DNA from: Octopus vulgaris
Lineage: Eukaryota
Direction: 5' to 3'
NCBI GenBank assembly: GCA_951406725.2
Contig: OX597814.1
Coordinates: 86,986,001 to 87,050,000 of the forward strand
DNA: 64,000 nucleotides
In this document: piece by piece, positions 41,968 to 54,689 of the stretch
Layout of the letters: each line of letters starts with the position of its first letter
How positions within the stretch are numbered: position 1 is the first letter of the stretch
Notes under the pieces: generated by a model
Databases searched by the model: none
What the model was told of the DNA's origin: nothing
Seen by the model: the letters and a program-made list of their open reading frames with translations, nothing else
Translations under genes and position numbers: made by a program

Positions 41968-43245
41968 GTAACGTGGTGGTGGAATAATATTGTAGACAAA
42001 GCCATTAGAGCAAAGAAACAGGTCTGGAAAGCCTGGAAGAGTTGGGGTAGCAGGGAATTGTACCAGGTAGCCAGAAGGGAGGCTGGGTGACAGGTATACA
42101 TAGCCAAGAGAGAAGCAGAAAATAAGTTTGCCAATGTTCAAGCGACATGAGGACCAAAGAACTGCAGTATTTTGGATTGAAAGAGAGTGTGCGAGAGAAA
42201 ATTGTGATGTCACAGGAGAGAAATGTGTCCACATGGAAGATGGTGCTCTTGCTTTTAATGATTCTGAAAAGAAAGAGGCTTGGAGAAGCCATTATGAAAG
42301 GCTGCTGAATGTGGAGAATGAATGGGAGGAGGAGAGCCTGCCAAATGTTGGCCCAGTAGAGTGACCAGCTATCCCAATAGACAGCACCCTGGTAGATAAA
42401 GCAATTAAGGATATGAAGTCAGGAAAAGCCCCCAGCCCACCAGGAATCACTGCTGAGATGCTTAAAATATCTGGTGGTGTGGGTTATGGCCTAGTCACCT
42501 GTATAGTTAACCAGGTAGTTCACAAAGGAATCATACTCAATGACTGGTGTCGCAGCACCATAGTCAGCTGCTGCAAAGGTAGAGGTGATGCTTTAGATAG
42601 AAATACATACAGGGGTATCAAACTGCTTGATCAGGTGATGAAGGTCACAGAGGGGGTCATAGCCCAACTAATTAGGGAGATTGTCTGCTTAGATGAGATT
42701 CAGTTCAACTTTGTGCCCAGTAGAAGCACCACTGATGCTATATGCCTGGTACGGCAACTGCAAGAGAAATACCTAGCCAAAGATAAACCACTATACTTGG
42801 CCTTTATGGACTTGGAGAAAGCCTTTGACAGGGTCCCCCGATTCCTTATCTGGTGGACGATGCAGAAAGTGGAGATTGACAAATGGTTAATAAAGGCTGT
42901 ACAGGCCCTGGACAAAGATGCCATTAGTAAGGTTAGGGCTGGCAATAAGTATAGTGAAGAATTCTGTGTAGAAGTAGGGGTCCACCAAGGGTCATCCCTC
43001 ATATACGGTAGATGCACAGGGGCAATAAACACCACAGATACTCAGAAAACAGATTCCATCGCAAGTCAGGGGAAGAAATGACCCACTACATTCTCAGAGT
43101 GGTTGGCGTTAGGAAGGGCATCCAGCTGTAGAAACATTGCCAGATCAGATTGGAGCCTGGTGTGGCCTCCTGGCTTGCCAGACCCCGGTCAAACTGTCCT
43201 GCCCATGTCAGCACATGGAAAACAGATGTTAAATGATGATGATGA
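41968..43245 (+). mobile_element. Internally deleted RTE copy
   Basis: Matches 11895-12925; deletions after GVHQGS (removing YADD) and before the tail; ends in gatgatgat. Confidence 0.88.
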
Positions 43246-43384
43246 GATATCATCATCATCATCATCATCATCGTTTAGCGTCCGTTTTCCATGCTAGCAT
43301 GGGTTGGACGGTTCTACTGGGGTCTGTGAAGCCAGAAGGCTTCATCAGGCCCAGTCAGATCTGGCAGTGTTTCTACGGCTGGAT
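43246..43384 (-). mobile_element. Short RTE tail, tail-to-tail with the preceding copy
   Basis: (CAT)n followed by cgtttagcgtccgttttccatgctagcatgggttggacgg. Confidence 0.8.
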
Positions 43385-43548
43385 ATATATATATATATAT
43401 ATATACACAACAGGCTTCTTTCAGTTTCTTTCTACCAAATACACTCACAAGGTTTTGGTTGGCTCCAGGCTATAATTGAAGACACTTTCCCAAGGTGTCA
43501 TACAGTAGGACTGAACCCAGAACCATGTTGTAGGGAAGCAAGCTTCTT

Positions 43549-44938
43549 TATTTCAATATTTTGCCATAAAGGCATTACACAGAGGGGGACAATACAACAT
43601 ATGTGGGGACATATAACAATTAAAAATCTAAAAATAAAATATGATATGATGAATGATACATGAAAATGAACATGAAGAACAAATTAAAATATGATAACAT
43701 GAATGATATCTGAAAATGATATTATGAAGAGCGTGCTACTCACCCCACACTGAGTAACACCACTTGCTGCCTCTGAGTTCTAAGTTCTTTTCCTTCTTCA
43801 GTCCAGTCCTTTTTCCCGTTTCTCTATCACTTAGTGACATCGTTCTCTCCACCATGCATTCGTAACCTTTTTCACCGTGAGTGGCATCTGTTCTTTCTTT
43901 TTTTTTCTTGTTGAGAAATGGGGTGGGTTAGTTTGGTGTCTGTGAGGGGAGGGTGGGACTGAGTTGTCTTGGGTAGGATGGAGTTGGACTGGGGTACCAC
44001 GTCATACTCAGTGTTTTTTCTTTTTTCTCTCTTTCTCTTTCTGCTCTCTGTAACTTTCCATTCTTCCTCCGTTTTCTTGTTTCCTCCGTCTATCTTTTCT
44101 TCTTCTCATTCCTCTTCTGTCTCCACAACTGTATCCTCAGCCTTGTCCTCTGTAGAGGGCAGTATACTCTAATGTGGCCCTTTTGGCCACATTTAAAACA
44201 CACTCTCAGCACGATTTCCCCCAATGTCACCGTCTCTGCCAAGTTCTCTAGTTGACTCTCCTCTGCCTGAATAATTAGTTCAAGTGTCCTTCATTTCCAA
44301 CCTCTTTCTTCTGTTTCTGTGGCTTGGAGGACAGCCATCATCTCTTCGCTTCCAACAAGGACAGCTGCCGCTACCCAAGCCACTTCTATATCCAGTGGAA
44401 TTGCTTCTACCCTCACTTTGGAAGTCTTTCTTCCAAGGTATGTGGGCTGAAGCATTACTTTTTTTTTCACCACCACACTCGCCAGCCTCCTTGCCTCCTC
44501 TACTATCCTGAATTGGACGAGCATTGTCCCATGTCTTCTTCCTTTAGTAATGTATATTATTTCTTTCGACTTCTCCCTTAGCGCCTTTTCTGTTTCAGCT
44601 TCCACCTGCTCGGCCTTTTTTCCTTTTAATGAGAACACCTTACAGGTCATCGTTTTTCTCTCCATCTGCTACATAATTCCTTTGGGTGGGGTGACAGCCT
44701 CACGTCCCCTCCCACCTTCTGTAACATCTTTTCGTAATCCTTCAGACTAGTCAAGTCCAACTCCCTTTGCTTCATCTCTGTGACCTCTGCAAAACTCCTT
44801 GTCTTTTCCAACACTCCGTCCATCTTTATGACCACTCCGTCCATCTTTATGACCACTCTTACCAGCTCCTCCTCTGCTGAAGACAACCAACGTCCGACAC
44901 AAACGACAAACCAAATGCACTCTTGGTCAAGCATGCAC
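43549..44938 (-). mobile_element. 1.39-kb non-autonomous retroelement encoding only a Gag/ORF1-like protein with a CCHC knuckle
   Basis: 15-bp TSD ggaagcaagcttctt (43534-43548 and 44939-44953); RVCFKCGQKGHIRVYCP at ~44158-44206; 3' end ...gaaataaa; no EN or RT motifs. Confidence 0.75.
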
Positions 44939-45099
44939 GGAAGCAAGCTTCTTACCAGCAAGCCATGCCTGTACCTACATTGTATATTTTTAGAATGACA
45001 TTTTAGGGTTGGTGTGATAGATGAGATCTGGCTGATTTGATTGTGAAACAGGTAGGATATTTGGGTTGGATATGGCCAGTTTAAATGCTAAAGGGTTAA

Positions 45100-46650
45100 G
45101 GAGGATAAGATGTAATAATATTTTCTTAATGTGAGCAGTGTCTTTTTGCTGCTGAAAGACACAAGACTGGCATGACCCAGTCGGAAGATATTTTTGAAGT
45201 CTCTATTTATGGAGTCAGTGTACATATAGCATGAGGTGTCCTGATTGCATGTAGAAGATGCTTGGGTGGGGAAACGTAGAATCATCTGAGTAAGAATGTG
45301 TTATTTATGATGGCAAATAAGTCATTGTTGTATAGGAGGAAGAGTGTGAGGTGGAAGAGTTGAATGAGAGAATTTCATCAGCACAGGATGTGATAGTATA
45401 ATCTGATAGGAAGAGATGAATGATGTATGGAACCCATAGGCAGGCAGTTTTGACAGCAGATTTACATGCTATACACAGTCAAAAACTTTGCTGATGTTGA
45501 GGTTAACAACCAACATTGCTTCTATCAAATTTATCTAAGGTGAGAGCCTACTGGTGAGTGACATTGGAGAGTAGGTCATCAATAGATCTGTTTTCCGAAA
45601 GCTGCAATGAAGAAAGAAAGATTTAAAGCATTAGAAAATGTTGTTAATTATTGTTCCCATTACCTTTGAGATACTGGAATTGTATATGATATGATGATAG
45701 CTGGCAGAGTTTGAAGGGTTGCTTTTTTAAGGAATGGGATACACTTTTTTCAAAGTGAGGGTATATATTTATAGAGAGGGAAAGATTGAAGAGTCTACTT
45801 GGTATGGGGAAGCAAAGGTGGAGAGGATTTGGCAAAATTGGTGGGTGATCTTTTTTGCAAAAGTCCAGAAAAAATGGCTCCTGTTTGGAAGGTGAGAGGG
45901 CTGGTGAGTTGTGAGATGCACAGGCATCTTTCAGAGCTCAGGCAGTGGTCTAGCAAAAGTTGCTGTACTGAATAAATGCTACCTAGGTTTTGTGGGGTGG
46001 TAAATTTCTTCAGGTATCATTTTTTGCTTCATCTGATGGGGATCTTGGGTTACAAGGCCTATTGCTGTAAAGGGTGTGCAGGATTGTGTCTGTTTCAGTA
46101 ACATACTTGTCTCTGATTGGTCAGGAGTGAAGCACATGTCCTGCCTAGGCTAGTTCGCTGATATGAAATGGTATAGTGTCTGGGCATGTAATTGAATTGA
46201 AGATTACAAACGATTCACTTTCTGTGGCGATGACATTAATATGGGGCAAGTGTGAGAGTCAAGAGGAGTTGTGAGTATTGAAGTAGTCAAGAACAATGTA
46301 CTTGGAGAGGAGTGAAGTGAGACATATGTTCACAACACAGGAGGAGATATGATATGAGAGTTGATAGTAATTCAAAGTATGAGAGTAAAAAGATGTAGTT
46401 GGGGTGAAAAGAGAAAAGAGAGAATTAGAGGTGAAAAATGACAGATTTTAAATTCTAGTGTGAGAAAATGTACCTAAAAGGAAAATCAATTATTGTTCAA
46501 GAATTTGGATGGAAGGTGAACCCTTAGCTGGAATACATCCAAAACAGAAAATGTGGGTAGCCTATAGAGGTGGGCAGCTTATAAAGAGATCAGGAGCTGT
46601 TGTATTACACATTAGGTAAATGCTTTTTGAATCTGCTGGACCATTTAACT
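45100..46650 (-). mobile_element. Very old LINE (RT region) remnant
   Basis: Scattered RT-like remnants on the minus strand (SANY.., RSIDDLL, CADE); no long ORF. Confidence 0.4.
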
Positions 46651-47934
46651 TCTATGTAAAGCACAGCTAAGTTGGCCTTTTATGTTATGATGAACATTAC
46701 CAGAAGTATGAGGGAAATAGTACATAACTTGGTAGATGGATCTAGGCTGTATAAAGTAGTGATGTTATGAATAAAAGGACTGGTGTTACAACACTGGTGG
46801 AAATAAATGGATGTTCTAGGCTTGTTGTAGCAAAGGGTGGGGGAAGTATTGACCAGAAAATTGTGTAGATTGTAATGTTGTTTAAAGGAAGGAAGGGGTA
46901 TTCCTAAAAGATGGGAGAGGTGGTGGGTTTGGATGGGATAAAATGGAAATCATGGAGAATGTCCTACTGTAGAGGCTGTGTGGTAGGGTGGAAAATGAAT
47001 TAGGTGAGGAGGGAAGAATAATGTTTCTTTGTTTTTGCCCAGGAAGTCCAAATTTATATTTCAATGAATTATTAAGCAAAAATTATTTTTAAAAATGCTA
47101 TTTTTATTTCTTGAAATCTTGCTTTTCTTTTTAGCAATTACATTTTTTATATATGCGGCATTTAATGTAGCCTAAAAAACAACAACAAAAGGAAAAAAGA
47201 CAAAGGCTATAGAAATATGGGTTACAGAAAAAATGGAATTAATTACACAACAAAATGCAACAGAAAATCATTGACACACCACACACTTGGATAGGTAGTA
47301 ACCAGATTCATTTCTGATATTGGTGGCTATAATAGTGCAAAACACACACACACACACACACACACACATGCAAAAATCCTTACCAAGTGAAAGATAATTG
47401 CAGTCAAATAGAAACCACATATGTAGAGAAAAATTTCCTTTTGTTTTAATGTGTGTAGTTTTTGGCTAATATTGGGTTAAATATGTCTGTGTGGCTAATT
47501 CATCAGAGTAAGTAAAATAGGTCAAACTTATGTATGTTTAAATGTAGGTGGTGTACCTAATAGTTTATGTATGCCTACTATGTAGTGCATGTATGTGTGT
47601 GTGTTTGTGTGGGTTTTTTTTTTATATATGACAAACAGGAGTTTCCTACTAAATAACACTGAAGCATTTAATACAAGTCACTAAACTTACAAAATAGCCA
47701 TGAGTGGAAACAGGAAGATACCATCAACAGGATTTTTAACAATATGAAAAATTTGTTAGAATAAAAAAAGAGCAAGAAAGATGTACTAATATTAACAATA
47801 ATCTTTATCTTATTTGTTACAAGAGCAACACAAATTCAAAATATGTAAATTCACAACTTTAGACAAAGCATTTAGGAGTGCATGTAGATAATTTATTGTT
47901 GAAAGAGAAAATCTAAATTACACTGCATAAAATT

Positions 47935-48053
47935 ATGTATGTATGTGTGTATGTATGTATGTATGTACATATGAATGTATGTATGTATGTGTGTATGTGT
48001 GTGCGTATGTATGTATGTATGTATGTATGTATGTATGTATGTATGTATGTATG

Positions 48054-48082
<29 letters not shown>
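47935..48082. repeat. (TATG)n tetranucleotide repeat
   Basis: Direct read. Confidence 0.95.
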
Positions 48083-48084
<2 letters not shown>

Positions 48085-48954
48085 GCACTTATGTATAAAT
48101 ACAAGCATTCTACAAGCATCGGAGAAGGAGACCATAATATGCTGCATGTCTTCTTGAGTATGAGCAAAAAGATTACAGTCATATGTGTAGAGAAATCATT
48201 TTGCAGCTCCAACTCCAGTGGTGAGTTGCTTCTCAACTCACCATACAGAAGTAACTTCTGTATGGTAAGTTGAGGAATGGAATGTGTCCACCTCATAAAC
48301 CTAAGCTGAGGTTCAAAGGCTGCATAAAAACATCCTTGAAGAATGCTAACATCTTGGAAAAGACTGGTAAGAAACTGCAAATGATTGGGAAAGATGGAGG
48401 AAAGCAATATATGATGGAAGTGAGAACTTCAAAATAACACTAAGAAATCATGTAAAGTTGAAGAAGGATGCTAGAAAGAGTGTGGACATGATATTTCCAG
48501 GAAATATGGGTGTCCAGAGTGAGCTGACATGCAGTGAATGTGGGAAAGTCAGCTTCAGCAGAGTGAGGCTGAAATGTTGCAAAAGAAGCTATGTATAGAG
48601 GGCTGACTTGGATTGAGCCATACACAGCATAACAACTTGCCATTAATGTGGCAAGATTTGCCTATCAACCAAGGAAGACATGCTGAACCTCTACAGCTCA
48701 CTATAGGTCTTAATGGAATACCATCTTTGTGAATCTTAGGGAATTTGGCTTTAGGATTTTACACCACTAAAACCAACCCTATGGCTGCGATATGTTGATG
48801 ACACCTTTATATTCTGGCCCCACCAGGAAGATGTCCAATAGTAGAGAATATGACCAAAGACTGTGTGTTCTCTATCTCATGTAGCATATGGGAAACAGTA
48901 TTAAAGAAGGATAGGAAAATATTAGATTTATAAGCCCTAAAATCCACTCCATAA

Positions 48955-49202
48955 TTGCCCACGGTCATATGGTTAAGAGCTCGGGCTACTAACTCCAAGA
49001 TTCCAAGTTCAATTCCAGGCAGTGACCTTAATGATAATAACAATAACAACAACAACGAAAAATACCTCAGGAATGAGAACCCAGGTTTGAAATTTCCCCC
49101 AAGACACCTGATGAAGGCTGGAGAGTATATCAGTCAAAACATTGTGTTTGGACAAATATCTGTCAAATATAAATAATTCCTCATCTCTCAAATATAGAAC
49201 TG
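48955..49202 (+). mobile_element. tRNA-headed SINE with a PLE-type hammerhead-like 3' part
   Basis: Box A/B-like ggtcatatggttaag and agttcaattcc; (AAC/AAT)n linker; gacac-ctgatga-aggctg...cagtc-aaaacatt-gtgtt. Confidence 0.6.
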
Positions 49203-49389
49203 TATTAACTTAAAAATATAGTGTCAGAACATTTTGGTTAATTTATGAGAAAATTCCCTGAACGCTCTATTTTTCAAGATAATAATTATGAATAGTTTGC
49301 TTTTCTTTAAAGTAATAAAATTTTATTTTGCCTGAACTAAAAAAAATTGTATTTTATTTAAATTAAAAAGAAATGAAGCAATAAAGATC

Positions 49390-52100
49390 AATTTTGTCTA
49401 TTTTTGCAGTTGGAAATTCTAAAACCTCCAAAACCTGTGAAAATGACAAGACCAAAAAGATTTCTTCAATTTCAAATCAACCACAGTTAATTGATTCTGC
49501 AACATTACACCATCCTTTAACTTCTCTAGTAGCTGATATTATGCAACGTACAGAATTTGATGTGTTTCACAAACTTGATTTATTGGGGTTAGATATGGTG
49601 CCATGTCAACCCAAATTGTATGTGTATCATCCTAAACAATATGGTTAAAAATGAAACTTCTGTTAGAATTCTCAGTTTAGTCTAAGGCAGCTTTCTGCTA
49701 TTGTTGTCATCATTTTTGTATGTCCCAGAATGCTGATAATAGTTTTGAAGTTGAAGGATATACTGACTGACATAATGCTTAGTCAAAAAGCAAAGGTTTT
49801 AACAGGTATGAGAATTCTGTTGCACATAAAAGTGCTGGGAAAGTTTGCAGTGAAAGGCAGAAACACAGTCCAGCTAATCAGAATGTATCTACAATGGTGA
49901 ATGAAAATGAGTTGAAAACAAAAACAGTATTACTTACAATCTGTTGTAGATGTGATTCAGTTTTTATGTGATAATGAACTTACACTTTGGGGTGATTACA
50001 ATGAAAATATCACCTGTCTTGACAACGACAATAAGAATGAAGTTTCTGAACTATTTTTTACATCCTTTTGAATATACTCTAACAAAAAATTCCAAATTAA
50101 AAGAAATATTTTCAACAGAACCTAAAAATGTGTCATTCACATCTGTTATAATGAAAAATGAAATTATACAACTTATGAAACGTTGTTTTGAATCAAATTG
50201 GAGATGATATTCATCACTCAGATATCCCTTTCTTTACAATTAAATGTGATGAAACTTGTGAACCTACCTCAATAATTGTTAGGTTTGTATAAACATGGAG
50301 TGTGTCAGAAAATCTTATTGCTCTAACTGTAAGCCAAGACTCTGAATCTGAAACTTTGGCTAATGCAATTATTCAAAGCGTTGAAGATGCTGGACTAAAG
50401 CCAGAAAGTATTTTAACTCAGTGCTATGATAGTGTCTCAGTAATGTCTGGCTGTGGTGGTGGTGTTCAGAAAATAACACAACAGAAAATTGGAAAAGAAA
50501 TTCTGTATGTCTTACTTCAATCATCATCATTATCATTTAGCATCCGTTTTCCATACTGGCATGGGTTAAACAGATTGATTGGAATTGGTAAGCCAGAGAG
50601 CTGCACCAGGCCCTAGTCTGTTTTGGTTTGGTTTCTATGGCTGTATGCTCTTTCTAAAGCCAGCCACTCCATGGTGTTTACTGGGTCTCTTTTACGTGTC
50701 CCCGGCATGGGTACCTTTTACATGTCTCCTGCACAAGTGCCTTTCCTGTCTGACCAATATGGATGCCCCACACACGTCACTGGCATCAGTGCCTTTCACT
50801 TGTCACCAGCACTGGCCATGACTAAGATTTCATTTAGCTTGATGTGTCAGTTGCATTTGCTTGTAGTTCCTGCAGTTGAAGAGATTAGTGAAATAAAATA
50901 GTTTTTTTTTTTTTAATTTGTAAAGCTCTTTATAACTTTCTGCATAGACCAAAGTTGTTTACTGCTTGCAAAGGTACACATTTGAAGCACTTATTGGAAC
51001 AACAGTAGTCAGCGCATCTCACAATATGCATTGATCATGAACACATAGTGCAAGTACTTTGAGATGCAGAACATGACAGTTCCGACATAAACATCTGGAT
51101 TGAGGCAACTGGTATTTTGAAACAGATTACTCACCTCAAATTTATTTTCATTGTCATTCTTGAAGATATTCTGAAGATTCTTGATGTGCCAAATAAATTG
51201 TTACAACATCACCACTATGATTTGTTTGAATGAGTACATCTAATAAATACTGTACTGAATATTTTGAAAGAAATGAGAATAGACAGGGGAAAATTTCAGA
51301 GCAACTTCTCTCTTGGTAAATCATTTAATTTAGGTGATGATCATTCCATTCCTTTTGAACACATTCACAGAGTTCAGTGTATTACACAATCATCAGTTAT
51401 AGTGTCAACACTGGATCATCAAGAGTCTGATAACAAATATGAATACTCAATAATGTTTTAGAATTGGCAGAGTTTATATTCTATTTATTTTTTTTAGCAA
51501 TTTCTTCAGATTTCTGTCAAAAACAGGGAAAATTATGGTACTATAAAAGAAGTATACCGCTTCTTATTTAACCATAAATCCTAATCTTAACTTTAAACCT
51601 ACACAATAAACTTAAAGCATAACCATAAAAGCTTAAACCGTACACCTTAACAAGTTACAGCTTGATGCATTTTTCAAAATAGAGTCAGGGAAACAAAAAT
51701 AGAAAGCATTTTTGTGTAATCATCTCCAATGTTTAAAACAGTTCTAAAAGAATGTTAAAAAAAGGTTAAAAATGAAATGTTACAGCTAGTTGCTTACAAG
51801 GAGGAGGAAGTTTAAAAAAGTAGAAATTAAAAGAATTTTTACTGGTTTGTAATCAATCTTTAAAACATAAAATTAATGAAATTGTCAAAAACATTTACAG
51901 CAATACACTTATTCAGAAACTCTACATTACTATTATTAAAAATTAGTGTCCACCCAGAATATTATGAAGCATCCCGAAGCACCGAAGTCTGGTAATGGGT
52001 CTGTATAAGCACTCTGCAATTGAGAAGTCTTGCTATCCTGTCTATAGAATAATTGACAGATGATATAGACTTAGACAATTTATTAGAACATTGTGCCTAA
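49390..52100 (+). pseudogene. Decayed hAT-superfamily transposase (ZMYM1/TTF-zinc-finger-like type)
   Basis: AFCYCC, FFTIKCDET, IIVRFV, QCYDSVSVMSG..GGVQ, and C-terminal LAILSIE dimerisation-like motif near 52030. Confidence 0.75.
50519..50850 (-). mobile_element. RTE 3'-tail copy inserted into the hAT relic
   Basis: tcatcatcat tail plus ccgtttttccatactggcatggg; transposase-like sequence resumes at ~50850 (QLHLLVV). Confidence 0.7.
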
Positions 52101-53114
52101 TTTTTCACTTCAGACATAAGCCTAGTGTTTTCATTTTTACATACATATTTTTCTCTATATTCCATATTCCTGTTTTGTTTCAGTATGCTTGATGTGTATT
52201 GTAAGGTGTTTTTTGTACATAACAAGGGTAGCAAACTCAAGGAACATAATGAGTTGCACAAACTATAGTTGAGCCATTGTATGAACAATAGCAAAGATAA
52301 AGTAAAAGTAAAATTTAAAATCATTGGACAATCACAAGTTAATTCTGATCCATGCTGCCTTAAACTCTCCTGTAAAGCATAAATAAACATACTCACTGTT
52401 TTCTCAAAGAGCTGACAGTCTCCATTGAAATATATTTTCTGTTTCACATACACCCTCATAACTAGTACAAGATTTCCTTTTTATTCATTGTTTTTGCCAC
52501 TGTAACACAGAGGAACATTACCTACAAACAATTTCAGAATAACATTCTTCTTCCAGATATGTGATTCTTGATTTACATATTAATACCAAAGACCTTCTCT
52601 CATTCATTTCCAACAATCGTAATGAGATAGATCTCTTCTAGATCAGTTTCAGCTATTCCTCTTCAACATTTCTGCGCAGTAACAACAGGTTCTTATGCAC
52701 AATTAAATGCTTTTGCTCATGCGTATACACACACACACACACACACATTTTCACACTCACTATTTCACTATGCTGTTGCAACGTAGACCAAGCCCTTTGT
52801 TACATAGGTCAAATGTAGATGGCTGACTACTGTTACATAAAATTTTATAGTATTTGATTTAACATTATAACATTCAGACACAAACAAAAAAAAAAAAGCC
52901 AAACAACTCACCAGCCCAACTTATTTTCACTGTTCCCAGTTTAAAGCATTTTATAAATATAATGTATCAGATTAGACATTTGTTTCACTGAAACTTAGCA
53001 TATGAGCTGATATTCAACAGGTTTATCTGTCTACCAGGCCTATTTCTATTCTATCTACCAGCCTGCAATTTCTAACTGGCTGACCTAAATTCAATTTCAG
53101 AGCAGCCAGAACAT

Positions 53115-53115
53115 A

Positions 53116-53210
<95 letters not shown>

Positions 53211-53272
53211 GTGTTTGTATATATATATATATATATATATATACATGTGTATATATATGTGTGTGTGTGTGT
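53115..53272. repeat. (TG)n/(TA)n microsatellite
   Basis: Direct read. Confidence 0.95.
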
Positions 53273-53367
53273 AAATCATCTAAGAATCCATAAGTCAGGA
53301 AAAATGCTATTGTATATCTGTCAATAGAGACGGTATATTATCTGAAGTGTACAGTATTATATATCCA

Positions 53368-53761
53368 CTAGCAGTATCGCCCGGCGTTGCTCGGGTTTGT
53401 AAGGGAAATAACTATATAAGCATTTTTAGAGATGTAAAGTATAATAGCCATCTCAATATGGCTAACCACAAAGCGGGATGTTACTGTAGCTTTTTACGTT
53501 CTGAGATTTAATAATACATTTTTAGAGAGTTTATTCCCTTATATAATAGCAAAGAAATGCATTTTAAATGGGAAAAAATGATGGTAAATTTTTTTTTAAA
53601 TCGTAGACTCATCGTAGACGCACACTAATACCCAGAAGGCTTGATATGAATCACGACTATAAGATACCCGCTTTTGGTTACACTGCACCGCAAAATGTGG
53701 GAGTAGTTAGGAATCTAAATCGTAGGAGACAGACACACAACTTCACTTTTATATATAAAGA
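53368..53761 (-). mobile_element. Non-autonomous Helitron (~394 bp)
   Basis: Minus strand A|TC...cccgagcaacgccggg hairpin...CTAG|T; insertion between A and T with no TSD. Confidence 0.8.
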
Positions 53762-53864
53762 TTACAGCTGATCTTACCCATTCAGCCATAATGGATATAT
53801 GGATAATATAATACTGTACACTTCAGATGACACACACACACACATGCTCATATATATATGTATT

Positions 53865-54100
53865 ACTCTTTACTCTTTTACTTGTTTCAGTCATTTGACT
53901 GTGGCCATGCTGGAGCACCGCCTTTAGTCGAGCAAATCGACCCCAGGTCTTGTTCTTTGTAAGCCTAGTACTTATTCTATCAGTCTCTTTTGCCAAACCA
54001 CTAAGTTACGGGAACGTAAACACACCAGCATCAGTTGTCAAGCCATGTTGGGGGGACAAACACAGACACACAAACACACACATACATATATATATATATA
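53865..54100 (-). mobile_element. Family-A SINE, 3' half
   Basis: Matches 30409-30610. Confidence 0.8.
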
Positions 54101-54288
54101 ATAGAAAAGAGTGTAAAAGCTACAGAAGACTTGTGTTATAAGGTTAAAGAATATATTTCATTCACTATGTTAGAAAAATGTTATAAAATTTTGGGTATAG
54201 TAACATAGTTTTTGGAGAAATAGCCGGTTTCGTGTAAACTTTTCAAATTTCTCAAATTTCTTTACCTACATAGTGTCATGTCTTCGTT

Positions 54289-54670
54289 GGAGGCGCAATG
54301 GCCCAGTGGTTAGGGCAGCGGACTCGCTGTCGGAGGATCGCGGTTTCGATTCCCAGACCGGGCGTTGTGAGTGTTTATTGAGTGAAAACACCTAAAGCTC
54401 CACGAGGCTCCGGCAGGGATGGTGGTGATCCCTGCTGTACTCTTTCACCACAACTTTCTCTCACTCTTACTTCCTGTTTCTGTTGTACCTGTATTTCAAA
54501 GGGCCGGCCTTGTCACTCTCTGTGTCATGCTGAATATCCCAGAGAACTACGTTAAGGGTACACGTGTCTGTGGAGTGCTCAGCCACTTACACGTTAATTT
54601 CATGAGCAGGCTGTTCCGTTGATTCGGATCAACCGGAACCCTCGTCGTCGTAATCGACGGAGTGCTTCCA
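54289..54670 (+). mobile_element. tRNA-derived SINE (family B), full length with 12-bp TSD
   Basis: Head ggaggcgcaatggcccagtggttaggg...ggtttcgattccc; TSD catgtcttcgtt at 54277-54288 and 54671-54682. Confidence 0.9.
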
Positions 54671-54689
54671 CATGTCTTCGTTATGTAGT

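Larger units (their letters stand above)
39862..44978 (-). mobile_element. Family-A SINE split in three pieces (39862-40112, ~43385-43548, 44939-44978)
   Basis: The pieces together match the intact copy at 30409-30779 in order. Confidence 0.7.
39752..45098 (+). mobile_element. piggyBac-like MITE split into 39752-39859 and ~44980-45098 by a nested insertion stack
   Basis: ttaacctttagcatt start and aatgctaaagggttaa end; the two halves join collinearly when compared with the copy at 19930-20083. Confidence 0.65.

Noticed and set aside
49390-52100. Host ZMYM1-like zinc finger gene
   Set aside because: Many stops, frameshifts and an RTE insertion; better explained as a dead hAT transposase.
54289-54365. 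Possible tRNA genes at the SINE heads (also 18635, 30779 and 48955)
   Set aside because: No intact cloverleaf acceptor stem; the heads continue into SINE bodies, one with a TSD.
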